Source: Heptranchias perlo
Lineage: Eukaryota
DNA: 64,000 nt
Direction: 5' to 3'
Assembly: GCF_035084215.1 (NCBI RefSeq)
Contig: NC_090328.1
Location: forward strand, 105,896,001 to 105,960,000
Every line of letters starts with the position of its first letter. The first letter of the stretch is position 1. A program made the translations under genes and the position numbers. Below, piece after piece: positions 62,110 through 64,000 of this stretch. The notes under the pieces were generated by a model that was not told the DNA's origin, ran no database searches, and worked only from the letters and a program-made list of their open reading frames with translations.

Positions 62110-63934
62110 ACTGAAAGGTCTCCCTTGACTCAAGCTCAAAGCAACTGACTGGGACTGTTTCCCGTTCTGGGGGAAACACTCCCAGTTCAAATGGACGTGT
62201 TGCAGCTATCAGCCTGTGGCAGTTGCAAAGGTCCATTTGACAGGTGGTGGAGGGGGAGACCCTCACTCATTGCAGGAGGCCACTCTGTCACTTTGGACAA
62301 AGTTTGGCCTCCAACACCCTCCTCCTAACAATAAAATTCACCAACTTGCACACTTACCCCGGGGTCCAGACACATGTACCTACCTTGCGGACCCCCTCAG
62401 ATGTACATCTTCCGGATGGGGGCCGCCGTAGCTGCAGTCATGACCTCCTCGGAGGGCGAACGGCATCACCAGCCTCGCCGGCCACGCCATCCACCTCTGA
62501 CATGTGGAGCTCCACAACACAGTGCTGTGACACATCCAACTGCACAGCAGGAGGGAGGGCAACCGCAGAGAGAGATGCGTCGCAGAAGGCACTACCCTCG
62601 CCACAGGCTCCACAGACCGAGGCTCAGCTTCCTGGACCTCTCTGAGCAGCAGTGCACACAGAGGCTCAGAGTCACTCGACATGTAGTCGTGGACATCTGC
62701 AGCGTCCTTCATGCCGAGCTGCTCCCGGCTGGCCCGAGCACCATCTTCTTACCTGTGGCTGTCAAAGTCACCACTACCCTCAACAACTTCTCCTCCGCAT
62801 CCTTCCAGGCTGCCACCGGGGACATCGCCAACGTCTCTCAGTCGTCTGCACAAAAGAGCCCTGCAAATACACCTACACCCACTCTGCAGTGACACAATGG
62901 GTGGCATCAGTTGTGGGTCTTCATTGTGATCCTCAGGAAAGGGCATTATTGCACAAACCAGACAAGATTTGCAAAGATGTGGCAGTAGTGGTGCCAATAT
63001 AGTATGTAATGTGAGTTGATCAGAAATTAAATATAAGTAAAAACCATGACAAACCCTCAAACACCCTTGTGCATCCCCTTCATTCTCACGACATGTTTGC
63101 CTTACGCTGCCTACTGCACATATGTGATGCATGCCCTGTGGCTGCAGCACAGGTAGTGGCAGGTTGAGTGAGGCTGACTGTGAAAGAGATGCATGAGAGG
63201 GTGAGTATGAGATAGAGCCATGAGATTGTATGAGGATTGGGTTGAGTGGTAGTGGTGGGATGAGTACTGGCGAGGTGAGTAAGTGCAGGTAAGATGAGGA
63301 TGAGGTTTGAGTGGGTGTGAGGAGTGATGTGACAGAGTAGTGTTGGCAGTGCAGAAGGAGATGTGGGGTGGGGGCGGTGATGTGGCAGACGGAGTGTAGT
63401 GGAATGAGTAAGTGTACTCACTTTGGCTGACCTACTTAGGTCATTGCAGCGCCTCCTGCACTGTATGCAGGTGCGCAATATGTTGGTGGTGCAGGTGACC
63501 TCCTCTGCCACCTCGAGCCAGGCCTTCGTGGTGGCAGAGGCAGGCCGTTTCCTCCCGCCCGCCGGGGGGATGATCTCTGTCCTCCCCCTCCTCCTCACCC
63601 CATCCAATGATACCTGGAGTCAGGCATCATTAAACCTGGGAGCAGCCTTCCCCCTGGGCTGCTCCATGCTGTAATTTTTCCTATTTCTTGCAGCATCAGT
63701 CAGTGGAGGACTGCCCCTTTAAATAGAGCTCCTCCAGCTGACAGACCTTACTGCGCATGCGCAGATCAGCCCGCCGCGCAGCTTAGCAGCGGGGAACCCG
63801 GAACAAGAGGTAAGTGGATCCAATCAGCCTGCGATTGCGCACAGAGCAGACTGATTTCACCGGGCGCGTTACCCACGCGCCCAATCTACCCCCCCACCCC
63901 ACCACAAACCCACTGCCATGGTAATATCGGGCCC
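62110..63934. mobile_element. Second internally deleted Harbinger copy (left TIR missing)
   Basis: Collinear with 54780-56400; ORFs 62374-62892 (+, transposase N-terminus) and 63086-63607 (-, Myb); right TIR AATATCGGGCCC at 63934. Confidence 0.9.
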
Positions 63935-64000
63935 TTTATCTCTGTTCCAGATTTAAGGCTGGCCAGACCGATTTTCCTCATCTTGGGAAACCCGGCAGCT

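Overview
Eukaryotic, repeat-dense DNA with no recognisable host protein-coding exon; it is probably intronic or intergenic. The repeat complement (DeuSINE/SacSINE1-type SINEs, several CR1 and L2 LINE families, Penelope-like elements, many PIF/Harbinger transposons) suggests a cartilaginous fish (shark) genome (inference). Every ORF in the track with a recognisable product is transposon-derived. Main content: (1) six copies of a young CR1-group (Zenon-like) LINE plus a tRNA-derived SINE that shares its 3' tail; (2) many CR1 and L2 fragments; (3) seven Harbinger Myb/SANT gene relics, one DDE (HARBI1-like) catalytic relic, a two-copy internally deleted Harbinger family and several MITEs, many flanked by a similar target half-site; (4) two related ~1.05-kb solo LTRs with 4-bp TSDs and a conserved internal splice donor, and a second LTR family with one copy abutting a 200-N gap; (5) Penelope-like ends carrying minimal hammerhead-ribozyme motifs and inverted repeats. 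Boundaries were read by eye and are approximate unless a TSD is quoted; family names are pattern recognition, not database hits.
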